Of a DNA stretch of 64,000 nt, positions 26,386 through 38,729 are shown one piece after another. The stretch's first letter is position 1; each line of letters opens with the position of its first letter. A model generated the notes under the pieces. It made no database searches. It was not told where the DNA came from and saw only the letters and a list, made by a program, of their open reading frames with translations. The stretch lies in NCBI RefSeq assembly GCF_002105155.1, contig NW_019029008.1, forward strand, positions 310,001 through 374,000, given 5' to 3'. Source of the DNA: Lobosporangium transversale (Eukaryota). A program made the translations under genes and the position numbers.

Positions 26386-28732
26386 ATGGCAGTGGCAGTG
26401 TCAGGCAACTTGTGCAGTTGTCTTTTCCGATATGTCGTCCTTGGCTTCTTAGCCTTTTCGATAGTCTATACCACAGGATCGATATTGTTCCCAGACTTGA
26501 GTTCAGCGGACCTTCGCAAGAATGCAGCTGGTCTGATTCAACGTGGAGCTGGCGCTGCAGGTGTCTCATCTTGGATTGATTCTCAAACCCCCACGTTTGA
26601 AATTGAAAGCATTCATTACAGTAAACAACAGATGGTCATTCAGAATGCTCAACAACGCAAAGGTAAATTTTATCCCTCCCTCATATTGACCTATTGACCA
26701 TATTGAATCAATTTTTTTTTATTGATGTGGCTTAATATGTGAATCGGCTTTGACTAATCAAAAGAACTCCGCTTACTTCTTTTAACCTGTATCATGATGA
26801 TCGCATTTTAAAATAATATATATCATATAATATGTATCATATAATAATCATTATCAGGAGCAGATGCGGCTAGTTTGCATAAGGTGGATGAAGATTTTTA
26901 TTTATCCAAGGTTTTTAGCACGGCAATGCAACCTTCCAAGGTGATTCCTTACTACTTCCGGGCTGAGGGTGTCTTTGATAAAGAGGAAGTGACAATCACC
27001 ACTTTAATCACCGAGAACAGGTAAAACAAAACCAGCCAAAATCCATCGTATAATCAGAAAGGGAAAGAGGGGGAAAAGGGATTGGCGGCTTTTGATGTCT
27101 ACTCTCCTCCCCCTTTTTTTGTTTGTTGCTAAAACTTGCAAAAAAAAAAAAAAGAAAAAAAAAATTAAGGATGTTACCAAGAGTAACAGCAGCAAAAAGA
27201 GATTGTAAAGAGCACAGCAGATTTACAACGTGACATTCAGCGCAGAAACATCAGGAATTTATCTGTCTATGGAAGGTGGTTGATGAGAAGTGGCCTCTTC
27301 CGGTTTCTTCCAGGCAGAAAAAAAAAAAAAGAGCTGCTCATTTAATTCAAGGGAACCCATACAATTATCTTATTTATCACTAAAAACGAAGAGAAACGTT
27401 ACAGAGAAGCAAAAAAAAAAAAAGGGGGAGGGGGGGGGGGAAGAAAGGGCAAATACAAAAGTTATGTCGTCATATCCAGAAAGAGACTGTGAGGAAGCTC
27501 TACGTTGAATTTTTACTCATAATTTGACTCAATATTGCCCTTGGTTACATAGATTTGGTGTTTTCACGAAACTAGTGCGCAACTATCGTGGCCCCATCTC
27601 TGTCAGTATCTGGATTCGGGATGATGAGACAAAGGATCAACATTTCCAGGCATTGCACGACCTCTATGAGTCTGAACCATTGTTGAAACAATACGTTGAT
27701 GTACACGTGGTAGTAGATCGATTCGATTTCCAGCTCAACATGTGGCGCAATGTGGCTCGTCTGTTTGCTCGAACAGATTACTTTTTGTTGCTAGACGTTG
27801 ATTTCCACATCTGTACAGATCTGCGTAAACATCTTCAGGAGTCCGCTCAAGCAATGCAATTGTTGCGTGAAGGCTCAGCTTTGATTTTGCCAGCATTCGA
27901 GTACACTCATGAAGAAGATGGTGTGGATTCTGCCACATTCCCAAAGGAGAAAGGGCCTGTTGAAAAGTTAGTGTTGGATAAAAAACTGATGGCATTCCAT
28001 TCTGCCAAGTTTGAACCAGGTCATGGAGCTACCGATTATCAGAAATGGTACAGGACTACAAATGAAATTTACAAGGTTACAAAGTTCAATCACAAATATG
28101 AGCCATATGTGATCTTGAAGAAAGAAGGTACACCTTGGTGTGATGAGCGATTTGTCGGCTATGGTGCTAACAAGGCGGTAAGTCTTTTTTTTTTTTTTTT
28201 TTTTTTTTTTTCTTTCTTCAAATGCTTTATTTTGTTTATAATATTCGTTTAACTCATCAATTGTTTCTCTTTTCTGCATTATGGAATAGGCATGCTTGTA
28301 TGAGATCTACATCTCTGGTATTGATTATTATGTCCTGCCGCAGGATTTCTTGATCCATCAATCTCATGCCTATCCCGAATCAAAGCGTTCAGGCGGTGTA
28401 AGTTATTATACTGCTTCTTATTTACTTTCAAGCTTTATATATATATATTATAAATATGACAATAACTAACCTTTTACATATTTCATCGCCTCTTTTTTTT
28501 TTCTCTTCTTCTCTAGCGCAAACTCAACGCTGAGCTATATGCTGCGTTCAGAGACGAATTGTGCTTCCGGTATGCCAAATCCATGTACTTGGCTAACGAG
28601 TTATCGACGAAGAAAGCCAACAATATGCGTTCTCAATGTTCCGCTCTCAAGGGATTCAAAGCCGCACTCGACTCCTTCCCTCAGATGTGGCCCACTAAAC
28701 CTCCAGTTGCCTCATTGCCAGGATCAAAGTAA
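26386..28732 (+). CDS. Second GT49-family glycosyltransferase paralog; exons about 26386-26662, 26858-27020, 27553-28177, 28290-28396, 28517-28732
   Basis: TM helix (FRYVVLGFLAFSIVY), QPSKVIPYYF, GPISVS, LNMWRNVAR, LLDVDF, LPAFE, YEPY, PWCDERFVGYGANKA|ACLYE. Shares the intron after GANKA with the first copy. Confidence 0.88.
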
Positions 28733-31308
28733 AGGAGGAAAAGAAAATACGGATGTGATATATGTGAGAGGACGAGAGAGAACCGCAGAGAAGGTGTTTG
28801 AGTTATGACTTTTTGATGAAGCAAGTAGCTTCGAAACATAGACAAATTGAGAATATTAGTTACACCATGTATTATCATAATAAAAAAAGATTGGCGATGT
28901 ACATGTATGTCTCAGTTGGTATTTCTTAGGAGAATGACTCGTACAACAATATTTGAGATACATAGCCTGAAAAAAAAAAAAAAAAAAAAAAAAAAACTAA
29001 CAAAAAGAGTCAGTAATACATCGCCACACAGAGTTGATGCAGAAATGTAGTGTAGGAATGATGAGTTCTTCGTCTCGTCTTGGGCTTTCCTTGCAAGGTC
29101 GTTGGATGTTTCTTTCAGGTTTTGACTACCATTAACAGAGCGAATCGAACTTGTTGGGTCTTCATAGCCGGGAAAAAAAAAAAAGAAAAATAAAAAAGAC
29201 CATTCTTCATCTGTCCTTGTCAAGTGGACTAGAGTCTGATCATTTACTTTGCTTGGCTCCCTTTACTCGATTTTTTGTTTAAGAAAAAACGTCGTCGGTT
29301 GATACAGAAAGTTTTCTGATTTCAGTAATTTTTTTTTTTTTTTTTTTTTTTTAGTGGTTCAGCATTCAAAGCTGTGCTAACCCGTTTAACATACACGATA
29401 GTACTTTAGTAGGTTAGTACCCACGAGCCGATGAATCTTCTTGGCAAGAGTTTGGTGATCCTGATGAGGAAAGCATTTTTCATTATTATATTTTCAATTA
29501 AAGGTAAGTTAATCTATTGTTAATAAAGCTCAAGCATGTAGTAGTTTGTCCAGTCAAGAGATCCTAGCTTTCATACTGTTGAGTATTTTGGCTTTTCTTT
29601 CATAAATCATGGTCTGATGGTCATGGATGCTACTCGAAAATCAGAGAAATAAAAGAAAGTACGCTTCCGGTTTCTTATTAACATGAACTAAAGCTACATT
29701 CAAATGGACATTCCTGGATTGGAAAAAGAAAAAACCATATACGGTCACCATTGCGAGATAAACACATCCGACAGCCTCAACAGCTTCCTTCTTTTTGCAC
29801 AGCTCAAATATATCAAAACTGGATGCAATATGAGGGTTTTGCAAGTCCATACTTGGCTGTGCTACGGTCAGCTTTCATCGCTAAGCTTTTTGAGCTTAAA
29901 AATCGGCAATTAGGCTCTTTTCTATAATTCAAACAATCTGAACAAAAAGTTTCCCTAGGTTGTCTTACTTGAACTTCATAATGATATTCTGGTTATCAAT
30001 ATATATATATATATTTGTATGCTAGAAAAGGAGAACTGCCTGATATCGCTACTAGCTTGCGATAAATCATAGTTACTCAAGCTTTTGGATCAGCACAAGG
30101 TACGATGGTAATGTGTAGTGACAGGTACTATCTTTTCGATCCTTCTTGAAAGTTGGATACAACTTCATGCGAGTAGTTCCAGGGTGAGAATCGTTCCCCC
30201 AAGATGTCATTGCGTTACTCAGTTAGCCTTAGTCCAGAGTCTCCTGTACATCAAAAGCCATGGAAAAACACGTTACCTCATCGTTAGGGATCTATAGGTC
30301 TACTATGGCTCCAACATCACAGCCTGTGCCTTGACTAGGGGGAAAAAAATGTAAAGGCCGCCCTAAATAATCTGTTCGACCCCACTCTTGAAGATATCAG
30401 TCCTCCACCAGCTATCTCTTCAACTGCAAATGACAAGAGCAAGAGAGCAGGAGTCGAGGAAGAGAAAGTGAGAAGAACAAATTGCTGAGGTCACGAAGGG
30501 GCTGTAAAATGTGGAAGCGCTTGAGCAGTATAAAAAACTACTTGTAGCTGTGAGCAATATTGATAATACCAACTACAAAGCATCATACTTACAATCCGTT
30601 GATCTTACCCTCAGGAATGCCTTCATGTCAAAGGAGTATAGCACATCTTCAACCTCCAGGATGCCTTCGGTCCAAAATTATATGCCTGTGATCCATTTTT
30701 GCTATTTTGAGCATCCTGCGCACAGTTTAGGAAGGGGTTTGGGGAGGTATATAAATATGTACATATTAATAAGAAACAATCCGGTTTCTTGGAATTTCGT
30801 GTGTAATCATCACCCTGAAAATAAAGGTTTATCCTATTGAACTTTGTTCCTATAGTTTCCTACAAACTAGAAAGCCTGTTTAAAAAAGGCTACAGCTGCT
30901 TCTTTCAAGCAGTTCCTGATGGGCCTTTGAAGGCTGGAGTTGGTGGTCCAGGACAAATCTCATTCATAGAAGATAGATCTTAGCACATAGCCTTTATACT
31001 AGTTCTGGAGTTGTTGAGTGCATGTGCGCCAATATTCATGAAGACAGTAACAGAAGATACCCTGTCAGTTTAACATTTTAAACAACAGGCTAATATGAGC
31101 AACACCAAAAATGGCCATTCAAAAAAAAAAAAAAAAAAAAAAAAAAAAGGTTAAAATAAAAAAGAAGAAAAAGAAAAAAAAGAAAAGAAACAGAAAAAAA
31201 AAACACCATTGCTGTTTCTAACTAAGTGGTTGGTCATGGTTTTCATTTTTTTTTTTTTTTTTTTTTTTTCTTGTTGAAAGTGTTGCAAGTGATAAGTAGA
31301 CATCGCAC

Positions 31309-34300
31309 TCAAACAAATGCTGAGGTTTCATCGCGAACAAAGATACAGCCAACATCTGGCCTACGAATCTGTTGGTCTAGCCGCTCGACTCGAGTCTTCA
31401 TCATAATCCCTCCGCCATTACTCGCCCGTCTTGGCTCTCCATGCTGACCCGGATCAATCTGACCTTCAGGGATACCATAGCCGCTAAAAGTGCCTGCACT
31501 GCCATTCGAACTAGACTTGTATGCTCCATAGCCATTAGTCGATGAATGCCTCTTTGTGAGCGTTACCCGAGTTGGTGACGACGATAAAGCCTCTGACACA
31601 ATAGTGCCTGAGTTAGCTGGAGGTGGCGGGACATAAAGAGGGTGAATGGACGCCGTTGTCGATGTTGCCGCTGAAGAGCCAGTTAAAGGGCCATGCATGC
31701 CACTATTACTATAACTACCATTGTTACTGTTGATACCTGTTGCCTCAAATGACTGCCTTGTTATTCCTGAATCAGATGAAGCAGACACCTTCGCTATCAT
31801 GTCGTGAGCACCAACTCCACTACTACTTCCATTGTTATTGTTAGTCTCAGTGCTATTGGAAGTACTTCCGTAATTGTTTCCAACCCCATTCGCTCGTACG
31901 TGTCCATTTGCTATCGGAGGCGTCATATGCATATCTCCGTCATTTTCCACAACGATGTTTCCTCCAGATCGTCGTGATTGACTGCCTACAGCATGGCCTA
32001 ACGCAGAGTTCTCCACTAATTCATCGAATTCCTGACCGCTCTCCCAACGCCTCCAAGCCTCACAAAAGCCTTTCTCCAAGTTTCGTGTCCACCGCAAGGT
32101 ATCAAAGAGCAAAGATCGGTCTCGATTCTCCCACAATTTCCTTCGCAGTTCAATCAGTGGGCCATGGCCGATCCAATGGACAACGGATTGTTGGGATTGT
32201 ACCAAAGGCTGATGTGTTTGTTGCATTGGATGTTGCTGTGTGTATATTGCCATTTGATGTTGTTGCTGCAATAGTTGAGAATGCACTACAGGGGCACTAT
32301 TTCCATTTATGGCGCCAATATGGCTCATTGCTCCGTTCACTGAATCAGGTGTGTGCAATGGTTGCGTCAATGAAGTGCTGGAAGTATTCTTCATGATCTG
32401 TGCATGGTTAATGCCGTTTGTTGTTCCAGTGCCAGCTACCATAGAGTTAGTAAGACCAAGCCTACTTTTTAGAACATTGTCTTCCACATACTCCCACCGG
32501 CAACCCTGCGCAAAGCTAACTGCTCGGTCTTCGTATTCCTCCTCAGTGTTAACGATCATCTCGTTGCCGTGTCCAGTGGCATAAGCAATGCTGGCACCAA
32601 CCCGAGAACACATCTTATGAGCATACTTTGGGAACGTGAGGATCGGAGTGCCGCTCCATAGAATATCTGCAGCAGTTGTGTGAGCATTACATTCAGGAGT
32701 GTCCAAGAAAAGGTCCGCAATACGACCACGATGGATGTGAACCTGCTTAGGCGCCACATCTGTGAAAATTACACGTGATGCGACTGAAGGGCCAGCCCAT
32801 TCGTTGGCCGTGCGAAGCAAATGAGGCTCCCCAGCAGCAGGGAATCGTAGTAGCCAGAGGATGGAGTTGGGCACTCGAGCCAAAATCTGTAGCCACACTT
32901 TGAAAATTAGTGGATCAATCTAAAGGGGGGTTTTTTTTTAAAATAAAAAAAAAAATAAAAAAAAAAGTTAAAACTCAATGGTTTGTCCAAGTACTATGTG
33001 CCGGAGAATCTGTATGATTAAATAAATACCTTATATAGCTGGTTAAAGTTGGCAAAAATGACGGTATTCTCGGCAAGGCCAGGGAATAATTCCTTACGCA
33101 TCTGCCATCGTCGGTCTTGCTCCAAAACCCAATTCCACTCAGGACTCATAGCTAAATGAGGCTCAGTCGCCATAAGCAATCGCTTTTCCTTTTCCTTCTC
33201 CTCCTCACGGAAGCCTTGCCGGTGATCGTTGACAAAATAGCTATGAGGCATGTATATAAACTTTTCTGTGTAGACCCAGTCATCGCCGTTATCTTCGGGA
33301 TCCACTTCACCCTCAAAATCAGAGAAATTCTGATGGGAGAAGGATAGTATGTTTGGTGTCAAGGGGTTGGTAGAACCTTGCTCCACCTTAATGTCTTTTT
33401 CGGCATCAGTACTAGGTCGTCTCTTTGGTCCCGTGCCTCCTCGAACTGACTCTCCATTGACACGAGTGGGGTTCTCAAGGATGAAATTTCGTTGTTTTCT
33501 CTTCCATGCGACTCCCGTCACCATCTCGGGTGGGCAAACTACAGGATCAGCAACAATATAGTCGCACCAACCAGCACCCAATGTCCCAGCAAAACCCATA
33601 AAGGATACCTGAACGGGACTAGGTCGTGCTGCAAAAATCTCGTTCCTAGCACCTTTGGTGTACCCATTCAGATTGACGAGCACATGAATGCCATCTTCAA
33701 CAACCCGTTCGACAACTGCCTGGGTGCTCCAGGTGGAAACCTCGATAAAATGTTCAACTTCGCTTTGAATCTTAACTCTATAGGGTGTTTGATCGGCTGG
33801 GGTGGTTGCATAACAGAAAACTTCGAAGCGAGTCTTGTCATGCATACCAAAAACACTCTGCATCAGATGCGATAGCGGATGGTTGTTGAAATCGCTGCTA
33901 ATGTAACCAATCTTGAGACGTGGGGAGGGCGGTGCAGGGGGAGGGTACACAGTACTTGGTAGCCAATTAGATCCCAAAGTTCCATGTGTAATCCGAAGAG
34001 CATTCCTATGTGAAATCAGGCGAACCTGTCGAGCGCTTAGGGGATAGGTGAAAGTGTGGAATGGAAGGACGGTTGGTACTGGAGGAGGAGCCATTCCATG
34101 AGGAAGCATTGGTCGCTGATATTGCTCCTTGATTTCCGAGCTAGGACGTCGGGTTCGCGTTGAATTGGGACTATACTTTTCCAAATACCATTTACGTTGA
34201 AGACGCCTCGATGCCCTCTCTATTAGCCGAATAATCCAACCGCCTTCATTTCGACGATCCTTTATATCTGTACGACTAGCCCAACCATCCAATCGTGCCT

Positions 34301-37300
34301 GCCAAAGGGCTGCATCGCGATGACAGGGGTCTGAATCCAGAAATGCGCGTAAGATCACCTGCCACAACTGCTGACGGAATACTCTTACCAATCCCATGCC
34401 CCAGACAGCCCCTTCTGTTAGCTGCTTCTCAACAATTTCGGAAACTTTACCCATAAAACCAGAGGTCGGTCGCTTCTCTATTGACGAAACATTTATAATC
34501 TCTAATCGGCCGGAGGCACTAACGCTCACGGCACCAACTCCGCCTCTTCCACGCCAGTCACAAACGCCACCCAGCGCATTAACCAATCCACAGACAGCTT
34601 CAGAAAAGTTGGGATTGATCTCCACAGCACGCTTGTACCACTGGATACTGTCTTGAACTTTACCCAAATCTTTGACTGCGTTACCGAGGTTGGCCAAGGC
34701 CACATCAAAGCGAGGGTTGCACTCCACCGCCTTCTCGTACATTGCGACGGCCTCATTCAATTGTCCCATGTCCTTAAGCAAAGATCCCAGGTTAGTGTAA
34801 AGATGAGGATGACGTGGATCAAGCTGAAGACCATAATTGTAGAACTGAAGAGCAAGTGCTTGTCCAGTGATTGGATATGCTGGCGCAGCTTGAGTAGGAA
34901 TGACCAAACCATTTGCCTGGATCTGAAGCTGCATAGGTTGAGCAGGAGCTGGATACGAAAAGATCTTTGCTGTGGGTGGGATTGAGCTTAATAAGATCCC
35001 TAAATTGTTGCAAGTCGAAGGCGATGGGTTTAAAGCCAAACTGAGATAGTATAGCGGCAGCAGTATCGACATGGTTGGAATAAAATTGTCAGCCCCAGCT
35101 AGTTCCTTCGCCTTGGCAGGTTGATCCATAACATCCTGGAAGAGCTTGGCCAGAGTCAAAAGGATAGTGCTAGTGGTCTGATTAGCCTGTTGCCAAAGCG
35201 AGGTGCTTACTCCATTCTGAGTACTTGAAACTCCAGATTCATTACAAGACGCTGCTAGAGCAGCCAACCCCGGAAGGATACCACCAGTGTCACGAAATAC
35301 AACCTGTGTGACTTGAAGAGCCTCTTCGGGGCGGAGTAGCAGCATGGCGCCATCAAGCTCACGAGGTGTAGGCCGAGGGTAGCCAGCACTCATTCTGGTC
35401 AAGCACATAAGCTCATTCACCACTTGCATTGCCCCAATACCTGGGCCAAACACAATCTCCAAACTTCGTTCGTACTCTCGGCGTGCACCGGCAACATCAC
35501 CAAGAGCATACTTGAGGTTGCCTTTAGCATAGAGTAAATTCTGGAGCCTTGGAGTATGTTGAATCGGAAGCGGTGGTGGCTGCTCTCCTGTAGGGTCAGA
35601 AGGATCTGGTAGAACGTTTACCTCTACGAACTCACAGATCTTGAGCGCCTCCTTATATCTAGGAGGTTGCTGAACGGTTGCTGGCTTTTCAGTTTTTGGC
35701 TTTGATGACTCTGTTTCAGAAGCCACAGCCTCGCTAGTTGAGGCCTCCTTGGGTGTCTGGGCCTGAGACTCTGAAACACCGTATCCTGAGCACAAAACCC
35801 CAATCAAATTCTCGACGGCGTCCCAATATCCAGGTCTCAGTCGAACGGCCTTCCACCACCATGATTCGGCCTCAGACTGCCGTCCCATGCTTCGCAAAGT
35901 CGTACCAATGTTACTCATTGCCTCCACATAGTTTGGATCCTTGGTCAGGATGGCATGATTATACTCGAGTGACTTTCCGTAATTACGTTGAGTATAATGC
36001 ACACAAGCAAGCAAAAGAAGCGTTGGCAGATGGGATGGATGGATTTGATGAATCATTTCCAGGATTGATACAAGCTGAGAGTCAGATGTCGGATTAGCTG
36101 CCTCTGTAGCGTACAATGTATGAGCATGTGCCAGTAATGCATCTAGTGGGAGTTCGCGAACACAAGGTAATGGGCATCTTAGGCTTATCTGTTTGTAGCA
36201 AAACCAATAAGGCAATCCTATCTGTACTTGGAAATATCCTTACCTCTCCATTCAGGCTTTGTCGGATCAATTTTCTCATGATGAATCGAGCCGTCTGCAT
36301 ATTGCACCTGAACATCCAACTCAAACATCACACGCGGCATTTGGATTTTGACAATTGTCTTTGGTCCCGAGTCAATGCTGGCCGTAGACTTTACAAGTTG
36401 CTGTTGGTGGTGTTGTTGTATCGCCTGCTGCTGATGTTGCTCCTGTGCTTGAGCGTGATGAGCATACAATATTTGCTGATGAAGTTGCTGTTGCTGCAGT
36501 TGGGCTTGAACTTGAGCCTGAGCATGTAACTGAGCTTGCTGTTGCAGTTGAAGCTGTTGATTAGTGCTCTGCGTTGGATACTGTAGGTGCGCTGCCGATG
36601 GGACAAGCTGAACATAGCCATTCATTGACACTTGATCAAATCCGGCTTGTCGGCTATGTGCAAGTTGCTGTTCAAGCGATGCGTGCAACTGATATTGAGC
36701 CGCTTGCTGTTGGCTTCCACTAGATAAACGCTGCTGCAGCTGCTGTTGCTGATGCTGTTGCTGCTGAATCGCATGTTGAATTTGCTGTTGTTGCTGGAGT
36801 TGAAGTTGAGCATGAGTAGGCTGGTACTGCACAGGTACGTGGGCGTGAGATAAGACTTGCTGTTGATACGCTGGTAAGACGCCAGAATAGTGTTGATGTT
36901 GGGATTGTTGTACATGAGGGTAAATGCCGGAGGTTTGTCGAGGATGCGGGTGCTGGTGAAGTTGATGTTGGTGCTGTCGATGTCGGTATTGTACTTGCTG
37001 CGGCTCTAACTGGGTTGGAATCTGGCTCCTATGTTGTATGTAGTCATGGATCGAGGTTTGTCCTGCTTGAGCCCGAAAAGCCTGCTGTGGTGCATAGAGA
37101 ACTCGATCTGGCTTTTGTAGATCCTTATGATAGTATATTGAGTGTGCGCCTTGAGTAGACTGCTGCAATGCTGACTGGGTGTCTTCATATGGTGCCGTAC
37201 CAGCGGCATTCAAGATGCTATCCAAATATTGATGATCAGAAGCGCTTCCTCGAGCTAATGCTCGTTGAAGCTCTGCATGATGGTAGGCGTCTACGCTTCC

Positions 37301-37636
37301 GGATCGCTCAAGTCGTAGCCAGCCTCGATCTTGATGGTAGTAGTAAGAGAGGGTGTTGGGTGAGGGCGGTGGTTGCATCAAAGGAGGAAGCTGTTGTTGC
37401 AGGTGTGCTTGATATGACTGTAAAGTCTTTGCATACTGTTGGGATTGTGCTTGCACTTGAGCTTGAACCTGCTGAATTTGTTGGATCTGTTGGATCTGTT
37501 GAATTTGTTGTTGTTGTTGCTGTTGTTGTTGTTGTTGTACAGCTGAGGTGTATTCGCGCACAAAGGCTGCTGCCGTGTTCTGAAGATCGTAACTAGTGGG
37601 CATATTAATGGTGTGTCTAGCTTGAGAAGAAGACAT
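31309..37636 (-). CDS. OGT: O-GlcNAc transferase (GT41, OGT/SEC-like) with poly-Q N-terminus and TPRs; exons 37636-36244, 36142-33030, 32919-31309
   Basis: TPR repeats (YTNLGSLLKDMGQ, ANLGNAVKDLG). Catalytic motifs GYISSDFNNHPLSHLM, LNGYTKGARNEIFA, NFNQLYK|IDP, LWLLRFP, DLFLDTPECNAHTTAADILWSGTP, SRVGAS. A 101-nt GT..AG intron joins KPEWR|DALLAH. Confidence 0.93.
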
Positions 37637-38584
37637 CTTTTGATGATGGGAAAAGAGAAGTGATGAATTGATCAGCATCAGAATCAAAATATATTATTTC
37701 ATGTGGTCTAGGCCACTACTATTTAAAAAGATAATGATGAAAGAAATGTAGAGGGCTTTGTCGTGTAACAGAAAGTCCTTTCTTCTTCATCTGCTATAAG
37801 CATTGACATGTTGATCGACGCATATTGGATTGACTGTCCATGTGAAGGAACAATTGATTTACAGTATGCTGTGCGTACCTTGTCCGTGATGCGATGCAAT
37901 ATTAAAAATAAAAAAATGAATCAAGAGATTATTCAATTGCGATCAAATGCTATTAATCATGGAAAACAGGATATTAATATATTAAGCAGGTCGTTTGGAC
38001 GATTGGAATCCAGATAATAATGATGACGATGACGATGAGAATAAGATTGATATTGACTACGAAACAAGAAAAAGAGAGAGATAAAGACGAAGAGAAAATG
38101 GGAAGTAAGGAGAAAGTACGCCTCGGCTTTTTGGCTTTGGTGTCAACAAAGACAGTAAAGAACAAAAGGGGGAAAAACGAATCCCGAGGTTAAAAATGGA
38201 CTAGGCAATATTGACATGTCCGCTGTAGACAGACTGTGTGCACCACAACTCTGTGGACCTTTTTTATTAATCTCTGTTTGTCCTACTCCTGTCGATTCTC
38301 TCTTTAGCGCCATCGCATCACAGTTTAGCTCAGAGAAAGAAAAGGGAAAAGAACCGGACCCCCCATGGATGGTCCATTTCATTCCAAAAATAACAAAAAG
38401 AACATACTATCGAACTTTGGGACAGCACCTTGGGATGGGGCAGTGCCCATTCAAGGACCACAGTCATCAATAATATAATGTCATCCCACTCCAATTATAA
38501 AAAGAACATTAGAGGCTTTATGCAAGTTCAGCCAAGTGTTAACACCCAAACCCCAAATGCTCTCTCAAGTACCATTATGAAAGC

Positions 38585-38616
<32 letters not shown>

Positions 38617-38696
38617 TGTATTACTGCAGTCAATTCAATCGGTGCTAACCGCATCAAGCTTCTTTCCTCGTAAAGATTTATATTTCGTTGCCACTC

Positions 38697-38729
<33 letters not shown>

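Noticed and set aside
29380..31000. Coding-like fragments between GT49 copy 2 and OGT
   Set aside because: Multiple stops and no identifiable family; possibly an old relic.
36143..36243. Apparent frameshift or readthrough between the two large OGT ORFs
   Set aside because: A canonical 101-nt GTAAGG..CTAG phase-1 intron joins them in frame (KPEWR|DALLAH).
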